Source of the DNA: Macrostomum lignano
Lineage: Eukaryota
NCBI GenBank assembly: GCA_002269645.1
Contig: NIVC01000385.1
Coordinates: 372,001-436,000, forward strand
Length of the DNA: 64,000 nucleotides
Direction of reading: 5' to 3'
Part shown: positions 23,611-35,800 of the stretch, one piece after another
Position numbering within the stretch: position 1 is the first letter of the stretch
How the letters are laid out: each line of letters begins with the position of its first letter
Notes under the pieces: generated by a model
Databases searched by the model: none
Told to the model about the DNA's origin: nothing
The model's input: the letters and a program-made list of their open reading frames with translations, nothing else
Program-made: the position numbers and the translations under genes

Positions 23611-26600
23611 CAAAAACAGATAGACATTACGACACTAAGACACGCTTGTACGGAGACAGAAACTCAGACCAACAGTGAGACTGACTGATGCAGGCAGGGA
23701 AACCATGCAAACCCACAGCATTTGGCTTTTTTTCTGTAAACTGAACACTATTGTTTTTAAAATAATATAAAAAATCTTTACTAGCTACTCGCACTTATAA
23801 TCAGTAGTGTAATCTGTGAAAATTGTGGCACAAATTGACTAGAAACAATTCTATACAAATACAGTGGGAGCAGGAGAACCAACAGACAAAGCTGCAGTCG
23901 GCAATGCTGACCGGACTAAAGGACTACTGTTCGAACAGAGCGAATTTTGTCACCTGCGCCATCAACTCGACATCGGATGTGTGAGTGAGCTAGCTTGTGT
24001 ATTGAAACAGGATTGGCCCCAGTATGCCACGTTCGCGAAAGTTCCCCGACCATATGCATTTCTAAACCCTTCTATCTAGATATATAAAAACTGGCACTCT
24101 TCTTAGAATCTGGCCTCTTCTTAGAGAATCTGGCACTCTTCCTAGAGAATCTGGCACTCCTAGAGAATCTGGCACTCTTCTTAGAGAATCTGGCCTCTTC
24201 TTAGAGAATCTGGCACTCTTAGAGAATCTGGCACTCTTAGAGAATCTGACACTCTTCTTAGAGAATCTGGCCTCTTCTTAGAGAATCTGGCACTCTTAGA
24301 GAATCTGGCACTCTTAGAGAATCTGACACTCTTCTTAGAGAATCTGGCCTCTTCTTAGAGAATCTGGCACTCTTAGAGAATCTGGCACTCTTCTTAGAGA
24401 ATCTGGCCTCTTCTTAGAGAATCTGGCACTCTTCCTAGAGAATCTGGCACTCTTCTTAGAGAATCTGGCACTCTTCTTAGAGAATCTGGCCTCTTCTTAG
24501 AGAATCTGGCCTCTTCTTAGAGAATCTGGCACTCTTCCTAGAGAATCTGGCACTCCTAGAGAATCTGGCACTCTTCTTAGAGAATCTGGCCTCTTCTTAG
24601 AGAATCTGGCACTCTTAGAGAATCTGGCACTCTTAGAGAATCTGACACTCTTCTTAGAGAATCTGGCCTCTTCTTAGAGAATCTGGCACTCTTCTTAGAG
24701 AATCTGGCCTCTTCTTAGAGAATCTGGCACTCTTAGAGAATCTGGCACTCTTAGAGAATCTGACACTCTTCTTAGAGAATCTGGCCTCTTCTTAGAGAAT
24801 CTGGCACTCTTAGAGAATCTGGCACTCTTAGAGAATCTGGCCCTCTTAGAGAATCTGGCACTCTTAGAGAATCTGACACTCTTCTTAGAGAATCTGGCCT
24901 CTTCTTAGAGAATCTGGCACTCTTAGAGAATCTGGCACTCTTAGAGAATCTGGTACTCTTACTTCATGATCTGGCACCCTCCCTAGAGATTAAGCTGCTG
25001 AGAGTAGTACACGACGCGTATCAATACCTTTTTCTGCTCCTTTCCAAATTTCAGGAGTTTCACAGCTTCAGCGGTGGTAATTAGCGCCGGATATCCGGTA
25101 AATTACAAATCTCGCTACCTCAACGTTCGCGTTGGCATTGAGTTCACAGTTGGATCGAGCCGGGTTCGCCTTCCAGCTGCTGCGGTTGCAGGCAAGTTGC
25201 TTATGGCAATTTCTATTATCAGCTTGTCATTTTAGACTACATGGCATTGCAAAATTTTAATATCAGGATACGGCGCTTAAATGGAGCTTTCGAGGACCGA
25301 TTAGCGCCACAAAAAACTTGGCGAATCCAAATGAGCGCCACAAAGAAAATAGGGCGCCTTCAAATAGCGCCACAGGAAAATAGGCGCTCTCAAATTAGCG
25401 CCACAAGAAAATGAGCGCCCGCAAATTAGCGCCACAGGAAAAGGGCGCCACCCCCAAATTAGCGCCACAGGAAAATAAGCGCCACAGGAAAAGAGCGCCA
25501 CCCCCAAATTAGCGCCACAGGAAAATAAGCGCCACAGGAAAATTAGCGTCACAGGAAAATTAGCGCCACAGGAAAATAAGCGCCACAGGAAAATGAGCGC
25601 CACAGGAAAATAAGCGCCACAGGAAAATGAGCGCCACAGGAAAATGAACGTCACAGGAAAATGAGCGTCACAAGAAAATGAGCGCCCGCAAATTAGCGCC
25701 ACAGGAAAAGGGCGCCACCCCCAAATTAGCGCCACAGGAAAATAAGCGCCACAGGAAAAGAGCGCCACCCCCAAATTAGCGCCACAGGAAAATAAGCGCC
25801 ACAGGAAAATTAGCGCCACAGGAAAATTAGCGCCACAGGAAAATGAGCGCCACAGGAAAATAAGCGCCACAGGAAAATGAGCGCCACAGGAAAATGAACG
25901 TCACAGGAAAATGAGCGTCACAAGAAAATGAGCGCCCGCAAATTAGCGCCACAGGAAAAGGGCGCCACCCCCAAATTAGCACCACAGGAAAATAAGCGCC
26001 ACAGGAAAAGAGCGCCACCCCCAAATTAGCGCCACAGGAAAATAAGCGCCACAGGAAAATTAGCGCCACAGGAAAATTAGCGCCACAGGAAAATAAGCGC
26101 CACAGGAAAATGAGCGCCACAGGAAAATAGGCGCCACAGGAAAATGAGCGCCACAGGAAAATGAACGTCACAGGAAAATGAGCGTCACAGGAAAATGAGC
26201 GCCACAGGAAAATGAGCGCCACAGGAAAATGAGTGCCCCCAAAATTAGCGCCATACGAAAATGGGCACCCTGTTGGCAAAAAGAGAAAAGTTTTTTATTT
26301 AGATTTCTTAGAAATCAAGAACACTAAGCAAAATAAGTAGTTGATAGATTGCGTGTATATTTGTTTTTCTCCTTCCATTTCCTAGAAATTGCCCAGAAAC
26401 AACGCGAATCCGTTTCAACTTCCGTGGGCTACAGTCTGGTCTACATCAACGCCATTTTCTATTCTGTACCACCGCCAGTGCTCGCCAATAAAGTGATTGT
26501 GCCAATATTCGTGCTGGGCACTCTGGTTCTCATTATTGTGGCCTTGGCTTTGAGACATCATCAGTGAGTTGTGAAAATATTATAATGCTTTCTGTGATAT

Positions 26601-27336
26601 TTATGCTTTTAGAGATGAAAAATATGATGATGACAATGATGATGATGACGGTGATGATGATAATGATGAGAATGATGATGATGATGGTGATGATGATAAT
26701 GATGAGAATGATGATGATGATGGTGATGATGATGATAAAGTGATGATAATGATGGTGATAATGATGATAAAGTGATGATGATAATGATAATTATGATGGT
26801 GATGATGATGATAAAGTGATGATAATGATGATGATGATGGTGATAATGATGATAAAGTGATGATAATGATGATAATGATGACTATGATGGTGATGATGAT
26901 GATAAGGTGATGATAATGATGATGTTGATGGTGATGATGATAAAGTGATGATAAAGATGATGATGCTGATGGTGATGATGATGATAAAGTGATGATAATG
27001 ATGATGATGATGGTGATGATGATGATAAAGTGATGATAATGATAATGATAATGATGATAAAGTGATGATGATAATGATGATGATGATGGTGATGATGATG
27101 ATAAGGTGATGATAATGATGATGTTGATGGTGATGCTGATAAAGTGACGATAATGATGATGATGATAGTGATGATGATGATAATTATGATAATGATGATG
27201 ATGATGGTGATTATGATGATGATGATGATGATGATAAAAGTGATGATGATAATGATAAAGTGATGATGATGATAAAAGTGATGATGATAATGATAAAGTG
27301 ATGATGATGATAAAAGTGATGATGATAATGATAAAG

Positions 27337-27385
<49 letters not shown>

Positions 27386-27483
27386 AAAGTGATGATGATA
27401 ATGATGATGATGATGGTGATGATGATGATGATGATGATAAAAGTGATGATGATAATGATAAAGTGATGATGATGATGATGATA

Positions 27484-27521
<38 letters not shown>

Positions 27522-29188
27522 AAAGTGATGATAATGATGATGATGTTGATAATGTTGATGGTAATGATGATAATGATGGTGATAATAGAGATAATGATGC
27601 TTAACGACGACAATGACGATGATGATGATGCTAATGATAACGATGAAAAGAATGTTGGTACTGATGATGATGATGACGAACTCAGTGGGTTCTATACCTG
27701 CCACTTCTACTCTTCCAGGACAAAGCAGCGCCGCAAGAACCTGGCCAGCGCCAGCAGCGAGATGCGGCAGCGCAGGAAGTCAGAACAATCAACGCGCGAT
27801 AACAAAGTGGCTGCCTCGGGCGCGGATTTCAAGGCCGGAGACCTGTCCACAGGGCAGCAGAAGCAGCAGCTGCAGCCGGACAAAGTGGCTCTGGACACTG
27901 AGCCCGGATCTGATAGCAAGCAGAAGCAGCAGAGGCACAAGAAGAAGTCGTCAAAGAACAAGTCCAACAAGTCGAAAAGCAAGTCGGGAAAGTCGGCGGG
28001 AGCCGCCATTGACTGGAGCGGCGGAGGCGGCGGCAATAACGTAGCCGCTGGAGTCGCCGGGAGTCGCAACGGAACGGGAGAATTCAATAATGTTGGGTGA
28101 GCTGTGAGGGGGCGCCAAACCTGCTTTGAGAAGTTCGCCAAACCTGCTCTGATGGGGGGCGCCAAACCTGCTGTGAGGGGGGGCGCCAAACCTGCTGTGA
28201 GGGGGGGGGGCGCCAAACCTGCTGTGAGGGGGCGCCAAACCTGCTTTGAGAAGTTCGCCAAACCTGCTGTGAGGGGGCGCCAAACCTGCTTTGAGAAGTT
28301 CGCCAAACCTGCTGTGAGGGGGGCGCCAAACCTGCTGTGAAAAGGGGGCGCCAAACCTGTAGCGGGGAGGGGGCGCCAAACCTGCTGTGAGGAGGGAGCG
28401 CCAAACCTGCTGTGAAAAGGGGGCGCCAAACCTGTAGCGGGGAGGGGGCGCCAAAACTGCTGTGAGGAGGGAGCGCCAAACCTGTAGCGAGGAGGGGGCG
28501 CCAAAACTGCTGTGAAAAGGGGGCGCCAAACCTGTAGCGGGGAGGGGGCGCCAAACCTGTAGCGAGGAGGGGGCGCCAAACCTGCTGTGAAAAGGGGGCG
28601 CCAAACCTGTAGCGGGGAGGGGGCGCCAAACCTGTAGCGAGGAGGGGACGCCAAACCTGTAACCGGGCGCCAAGTCCTATGCACACGAAGATTCGCTGCG
28701 TTCGAGCAATCTCCAAGAGACTATCTAAAAATGGCCTAAAATAAACCTTTTCGAATATTTTACCCATATTAATATATGTCACAAGTTCGCCAAACCAAAA
28801 GTTGACACAAGATTGGATCAGATGTTCAAACTAAGAAAACGACTCGAATTTTTATAACCACAGATTTGAAAAGTCGCTGAACGAAGGCGATCTGCGAGCT
28901 CGACAGAGCGGAGTCAGCCAGCAGTCGGCCAGCAACTTGTCGGAGATCATCCAGGTGCGCAGCGGCGCCGCCTCGCCGATGCAGCTGGGCCAGAAAAAGC
29001 AGAAGACCAGAAAGCGCACAGGCGACGCAGAAGAGGACATGCTGATGGACAACTCTGTGTTTAAGCCGCCAGAGGGCAACCTGACTGACGACGGAGAGCA
29101 TCGGGACGGCGGAGCTTCCGGTAGCGAAGTCGACGAAGACGACGGAGTGCCGACGTTGAAGAACTCGTCGGATCAACAGATGCTCTGA
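22933..29188 (+). CDS. Uncharacterised single-pass type-I membrane protein, about 427 aa; exons 22933-23049, 23865-23980, 25055-25191, 26386-26563, 27686-28096, 28864-29188
   Basis: All six exons join in frame (phases 0,2,1,2,2). Signal-peptide-like N-terminus [24 protein letters not shown], ectodomain with 2 Cys, TM segment [20 protein letters not shown] followed by RHH, then a low-complexity basic/acidic tail ending QQML*. Intron 3 needs a GC donor; the exon 5 acceptor is uncertain. No family recognised. Confidence 0.7.
23079..23613. repeat. (CAGA)n microsatellite in intron 1 of the orphan gene
   Basis: Direct. Confidence 0.97.
24085..24985. repeat. 18-22-bp minisatellite (tcttagagaatctggcactct) in intron 2
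   Basis: Direct tandem units with small indel variants. Confidence 0.96.
25300..26265. repeat. About 18-bp minisatellite (agcgccacaggaaaat) in intron 3
   Basis: Direct; variant blocks recur at about 250-265 bp spacing. Confidence 0.95.
26614..27680. repeat. Degenerate (GAT)n array in intron 4
   Basis: Direct, with interspersed gataaagtgat variants. Confidence 0.96.
28101..28675. repeat. About 20-25-bp minisatellite (ggggcgccaaacctgctgtga) in intron 5
   Basis: Direct; starts 4 nt after the GT donor. Confidence 0.95.
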
Positions 29189-29602
29189 GATGGATTTGAG
29201 CTGATGGACAGCTACAACATAAGTACATCAAACACCAGTGACCCATTAGAAAGCCAGAGGGCCGCTGTGCACTCTGTGTGAGCGTGTGTATGAGTGCGTG
29301 CCTGCGTCAAGTATCTTAGTAAACTTAGTAAGTAATCTTAGTAAACCTAAGATTAGGTTTCTGTTAGTTGGTGTGCCTGATCGGTATGTTTTTTTGCCCT
29401 AATAAAATTCACTTCAAATTAACCCAAAACTAAAGTTTGCACTTTTAAAATAAGTTTTTGGTTTAAAAATACAAACCTGTTAACATTTTACTCGAACTAT
29501 TGTTTTTTTGTTTTCAAGAGCACACCGAAATATATTCGTCTGTATGCTTCTTTTGACCTCCGCCGCTATACAGAGAAGCTTTACAAGAAGTTTCAACATC
29601 AG

Positions 29603-30900
29603 TGTCACTGAGGATGGCACTGAAGGGAGATGATGGTCACTGAGGATGGCACTGAAGGGAGATGATGGTCACTGAGGGTGGCACTGCAGGGAGATGATGG
29701 TCACTGAGAGTGGCACTGAAGGGAGATGATGGTCACTGAGGGTGGCACTAAAGGGAGATGATGGTCACTGAGGATGGCACTGAAGGGAGATGATGGTCAC
29801 TGAGGATGGCACTGAAGGGAGATGATGGTCACTGAGGGTGGCACTGCAGGGAGATGATGGTCACTGAGAGTGGCACTGCAGGGAGATGATGGTCACTGAG
29901 GGTGGCACTGAAGGGAGATGATGGTCACTGAGGGTGGCACTGAAGGGAGATGATGGTCACTGAAGGTGGCACTGCAGGGAGATGATGGTCACTGAGGATG
30001 GCATTGAAGGGAGATGATGGTCACTGAGGATGGCACTGCAGGGAGATGATGGTCACTGAGGATGGCATTGAAGGGAGATGATGGTCACTGAGGGTGGCAC
30101 TGAAGGGAGATGATGGTCACTGAGGGTGGCACTGCAGGGAGATGATGGTCACTGAGGGTGGCACTGAAGGGAGATGATGGTCACTGAGGGTGGCACTGCA
30201 GGGAGATGATGGTCACTGAGGGTGGCACTGAAGGGAGATGATGGTCACTGAGGGTGGCACTGCAGGGAGATGATGGTCACTGAGGGTGGCACTGCAGGGA
30301 GATGATGGTCACTGAGGGTGGCACTGCAGGGAGATGATGGTCACTGAGGGTGGCACTGAAGGGAGATGATGGTCACTGAGGGTGGCACTGCAGGGAGATG
30401 ATGGTCACTGAGGGTGGCACTGAAGGGAGATGATGGTCACTGAGGGTGGCACTGAAGGGAGATGATGGTCACTGAGGGTGGCACTGCAGGGAGATGATGG
30501 TCACTGAGGATGGCACTGCAGGGAGATGATGGTCACTGAGGGTGGCACTGAAGGGAGATGATGGTCACTGAGGGTGGCACTGCAGGGAGATGATGGTCAC
30601 TGAGGGTGGCACTGAAGGGAGATGATGGTCACTGAGGATGGCACTGCAGGGAGATGATGGTCACTGAGGGTGGCACTGAAGGGAGATGATGGTCACTGAG
30701 GGTGGCACTGCAGGGAGATGATGGTCACTGAGGGTGGCACTGAAGGGAGATGATGGTCACTGAGGGTGGCACTGCAGGGAGATGATGGTCACTGAGGGTG
30801 GCACTGAAGGGAGATGATGGTCACTGAGGGTGGCACTGCAGGGAGATGATGGTCACTGAGGGTGGCACTGAAGGGAGATGATTGTCACTGAGGGTGGCAA
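29603..30900. repeat. 32-bp minisatellite (actgagggtggcactgaagggagatgatggtc), about 40 units
   Basis: Direct, highly homogeneous. Confidence 0.97.
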
Positions 30901-31665
30901 TTAGTCAGATAATAACTACAAATTTAATATAAGAAACACGACCCATTTTAATCGATGACAACAATTATTTTGATTTTAATTAAACCCGCAGAATACGAGC
31001 GAGTATTATTATTTGAACTATTATTAATATTTGTAAAAAAAATTATTAGTTACATGAAACCTTATATTGTTTTAGTATTACTATAAATAAATTTAGTAGA
31101 TAACATACAGTAAAGTAAGTTTAAAGTGCAAACTACAATTATTTTTTAATTTTGTTATAAAAATTATTTTCTAGGAAATCAGAAAAAAACACGAGACCCG
31201 AAAATGGACGCATATGCAATGGATAAATATTAAAAAGCAGAAAGTTGAAGCACACCAGAAACAGCATACGAAGTAGACAAAAGCCACGGGAGAATAATAT
31301 TAGTTTGGAAAGGAGCAGCAGACACTATCAATACAGACTTGCAACATAAATGCTAATCAATCAGTTTTATTGAAACAATTATAAGATCAGAATTGATAGC
31401 ACTACTAAACTTGACAAATATGAAATTACAAGTATATTATATCACGCATTCACACGGTGTGGCGCAGGCAGGCAGGCAAGTCATAAACATACAAACAAAC
31501 AAAATTATGAAACACAATATAGACACACGCAAAACCAACTTTATTTCACTGGGTAGTACAGGGCTTAGTCTTAATAATAGGAAAATAGATAAATTCTAAT
31601 TAATAAAGAAAAATAGGTTAAATATTTTCAATGGTCTAACTTATCTTAGCTTCGTCTGGTACGAG

Positions 31666-32656
31666 CCACAGATACTAGAATAACTACAGTATATGCCAAT
31701 CGTAAAAAATGCGCTCATCTACTCTGTCGTCAGTAGCAAAATTAGCGTTTTTTGTCCTAAATAGTATAAAAAATCAAAGCCGCCTCAGGCTGTCTACAAG
31801 CAGACCCACTGAATTAGCATTTTCATCCTGTTCAAAGCTGCACCCAAATCCAATGCGCGTAGAGAGGAATACAAATGGGGTGGCGCATCAGCCCCACGCC
31901 CCAGCTAGGCCGATAAACAGTTTGCCCGCTTGTTTCTGACTTTGACCTCTCTCATTGGCTCTGAGCTAGATTAGGCCAGCCTCCTAGGCTGAGTTTTGTT
32001 CGTCTGACTTTCACCTCTCTCCTTACTGCTCTCTCATTGGCTGAGCTAGATTAGGCACGCCTCCTAGGCTGAGCTTCGTTCGTCTGACTTTCACCTCTCT
32101 CCTTACTGCTCTCTCATTGGCTGAGCTAGATTAGGCCTGCCTCCTAGGCTGAGTTTTGTTCGTCTGACTTTCACCTCTCTCCTTACTGCTCTCTCATTGG
32201 CTGAGCTAGATTAGGCCTGCCTCCTAGGCTGAGTTTTGTTCGTCTGACTTTCACCTCTCTCCTTACTGCTCTCTCATTGGCTGAGCTAGATTAGGCACGC
32301 CTCCTAGGCTGAGCTTCGTTCGTCTGACTTTGACCTCTCTCCTTACTGCTCTCTCATTGGCTGAGCTAGATTAGGCCTGCCTCCTAGGCTGAGTTTCGTT
32401 CGTCTGACTTTGACCTCTCTTCTTACTGCTGTCTGATTGGCAGAAGTAGAACGGGGTCTGCCCCTTCTAGACTGAGTTTTGTCAGTCTTGCTTTCACTAG
32501 TGTACATTGAATTAAATGCTTGTTTTTCATTCATAACCCCATATGCTTCTGAGGCCACTAAACCTAAAGAAGAAATTAGGAAGTTTAACTGCTACAATTA
32601 AATTTAAGTGACGCTGGGCAGACATCTAGTAGTTATTCTAATGCCAGTATCTGTGG
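31666..32656. mobile_element. Non-autonomous TIR element carrying an internal 80-bp tandem array (31935-32480, about 7 units)
   Basis: TIRs ccacagatactagaataacta / tagttattcta(atgcca)gtatctgtgg; cgtctgactt recurs at 32001, 32081, 32161, 32241, 32321, 32401. Confidence 0.75.
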
Positions 32657-32836
32657 TAAGAGCTAGATATAGATTCCAATTTGCATACTGTATAACATTT
32701 ATTGTTTTAAATAGTTAAATTTAGGCAAGTACCAATACGTTTCGGGATAAAATTGCATAGCTACAACAGTTACGGCATAATTAAGTAATTATTTTTGTCA
32801 AGTCCTCTTAGGGATAAGCGGCAGATGTTGATGGAG

Positions 32837-35800
32837 TCACTGATTGACATCATTAGAACCGTTGGTGCTCGACTGGTTCGCTTTGCCTGCAGATTCAATT
32901 AGAATAAATTATTATTCATTTCTTTTAGTACGCTAGTATAGCAAATAAAAGGCATAAAGGATCAGGAAACAGGGATATTTGGCGCCAATTCTGAAGGATT
33001 GGTAAGCTAAACAGGAGTATTTGGCGCTAATTCTGAAGGATCAGGAAGTTGAAGATTATGGCGCTAATTCTGAAGGTAGATAAGGGTTTAAAGTAACAGG
33101 TGATAGGGTCAACAAGTACAAACCTGGACTCGCGGTAGCACCAGTAGCCTCAGAGCAGACTTTCAGGAACTCGGCTAGCTCTTCCTTATTTTTAAACTTG
33201 ATTGCCAGCTGCTCGTTGCGACCCTCCGGCGCGGTTTCGTCCGAGAAGTCGACGCAGAACCAGCAGACGCTGGTGGCAGAGTTTGGCATCGGTTTGAACT
33301 GCAGATTGGGGCCAAGGCGATGATTGCAACACAATTTGTGCACTTGGTCACGTCGCATCACAAGCCGACTACCGCCGCCGTCGCGTTGTTGCAGAACTTT
33401 CATCTGACCAACTCCGCGCTCTTTCCACTGACCGTCGGTCCATCTGTACAGCTTGGCCCGCTGACAGAACAGCGCAGTCTCGTCCTCTTCGCCAGATTTC
33501 ACTGAGACTAGCTCCGGCAGTTCAATCACTGGCTCATAGTGCGGATCGTGCTCGTCCTCATCTTCATCGGCTGAATCAGCTTGACGATTGTCGGCGGCTT
33601 TATCAGCGGCAGCGGCGCCGCCACCGAAGAGTACAGAGCCGGCGCCAGACCAAGAGAAGTTGACTGGCGCATTCGAGGAAGCGTCAGTGTTGGCAGTGGA
33701 GGCCAGACTAGCAAATGAAAACATACTACTGGCTTTTTCGCCAAATATGCCAATTGACATTTCCTGTTGTTTAGGAGGCTGAGACGGTTTCTGCTGTTGT
33801 TGCTGTTGTTGTTGCTGGGACTCCTGCTGCTCCTGTGAAGTGTCGGGTTATATATATGCACTATATAGGCACAATAGAGTGTATTAGTATCTGTGCAATA
33901 AATGTTTTTTAGTTATTTCGTACACACGCTCACACAGGGTGTACAGCGGGTGTACAGCGGGTGTACAGCAGCCATTTGTGACTTCCTAATTGTCAGGCAT
34001 GTACACTGTTTGGCTCTCATGAGGCGTACGTGTGAATCGCCCAGCAAGCCCCAAATTAATGTGGCCCGCACAAGCTAGTCGGTCACACGGTGAGCAGTAT
34101 CTCTCTCACCTGCCGAGTCCCAGAGTAGGCACCCTCGCCGTCGCTCTCGTGTCCGTCATCGCTGGCGCGATTCTCGTAGGCATAGAAATAATCCGGCAGC
34201 TTCAATCGGCGAGCCCGACGAATCTGGTCGTCGGTGACGGACGGCTCGAAGCCGACCAGAACCAAGTCGTTCGAGTCTTTATCTTTTGAATCCTTCGCGG
34301 CGGCCAAGTCTTTGTCCTTTGAGTCCTTCGCGGCGGCCGAGTCTTTGTCCTTTGAGTCCTTCGCGGCGGCCGAGTCTTTGTCCTTTGAGTCCTTCGCGGC
34401 GGCCAAGTCTTTGTCCTTTGAGTCCTTCGCGGCGGCCGAGTCTTTATCCTTTGAGTCCTTCGCGGCGGCCGAGTCTTTATCTGACAACGGCGCCTGTTCC
34501 ACCTTGTCAGCCGAAGTTGGTGTCGAGCCGAAACCACCAAAGCCAAACTTGATTGTCGAAGCTGTCCCGGCACCACCAGCGGTGGCGGAAGAGCCAAAGG
34601 AGAAATTGGAAAAGGGTGAGGCTGAGCTGCTGGGAGCGGCGGCGCCCGCACCGGCGGACGCCGTCGACTTGCTGACTTGCTGACTGCCGCCGCCGAACGA
34701 CATTCCACCGAAGGAGAACAGCGGCTGAGCAGAAGACACCGTGGTGGCAGTTGACGAGGCCGGAGCGGCGTGGGTGGCGGGACTCGCCGAGGCGGCAGGG
34801 ACGCCAGGCTTGGCAGTGGAGCAGCAGGGACACGTGGCCTGGTCCTTCGTGTTCTGAACTGCGCATGTCGGGCAGGACCAGCTGCCTGGTGGCGGCTTCA
34901 GCCGGTCCAGGAGGCTGGGAACTGAGCTTGATGAGGCTGCAGCCGCTGGAGCGGCCTTGCTGTCACTAGGAGCAGCAGCTGATGGAGCCACCTGCTTTCC
35001 AGACTGCAGAGCCTTCTGACTCTCGGTGAACTTGGCGGTGAACTCAGCCAGCTGCTCGGGCGTTTTGAACCTGGCGCACAGAATCTCCATCTTGGCCTCG
35101 CCGTCAGAGAAATCGTTGGCAGTCCAGGACACGGCGTTGGCGACATTCTGCACCTCCTTCAGCTTCATTGCCGCATCAATCCAGTGATTGGCGCACAGCT
35201 TCTTCACCTGATCGCGCCGCATCACAATTCGGTATTTGGCTCCGCCTTCGCTCTGCAGAATCTTCAGCTCGCCGATGCCGCGGGACTTCCACTCGCCCTG
35301 CACGAATCGGTAGAGGGCGGCCCGCTCCGCGAACAGCCGCACGTCCGACTCCTCGCCAGTCTTCACCTCCACCTTGAGTGGCGACATTGAAAATCAATAT
35401 TGTTAGCGCAAGTTTATAATATGACCAAACTTGACCAATTTAGACAAGAAAAAATACCCGGAAGCAAGCCAAGGTAAAAGCTAAGGCATCCAACTTTCTC
35501 GCCACAAAATGCTTTGGTTTGGACTAACTAATTTACTAACTGACTAACAGACTAATTAACTATAGCTAACTAAATAAATGACTAACTGACTAACAAACTA
35601 ATTAACTATAGCTAACTAAATAAATGACTAAATAACAAACTAATTAACTATAGCTAACTAAATAAATGACTAACAACTAATTAACCTGAGGGGCAGTAAC
35701 TGAATGCGAGCATACTTAGCTTCTACAAGCTAACAGCTTCAAGAGAAATGATCGAATTTTAAATAATCATGTAAGCTGATTCGAGTCATTCACAGATTTT

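Noticed and set aside
26601-27704. Poly-His/Ile/Ser ORFs on the minus strand
   Set aside because: Antisense readings of the (GAT)n array.
27707-28782. Minus-strand QVWRP/RFGAP repeat ORFs
   Set aside because: Antisense to exon 5 plus the intron-5 minisatellite.
24085-30900. Regular arrays considered as possible CRISPR loci
   Set aside because: Units are head-to-tail without unique spacers, no cas genes are present, and the context is eukaryotic.
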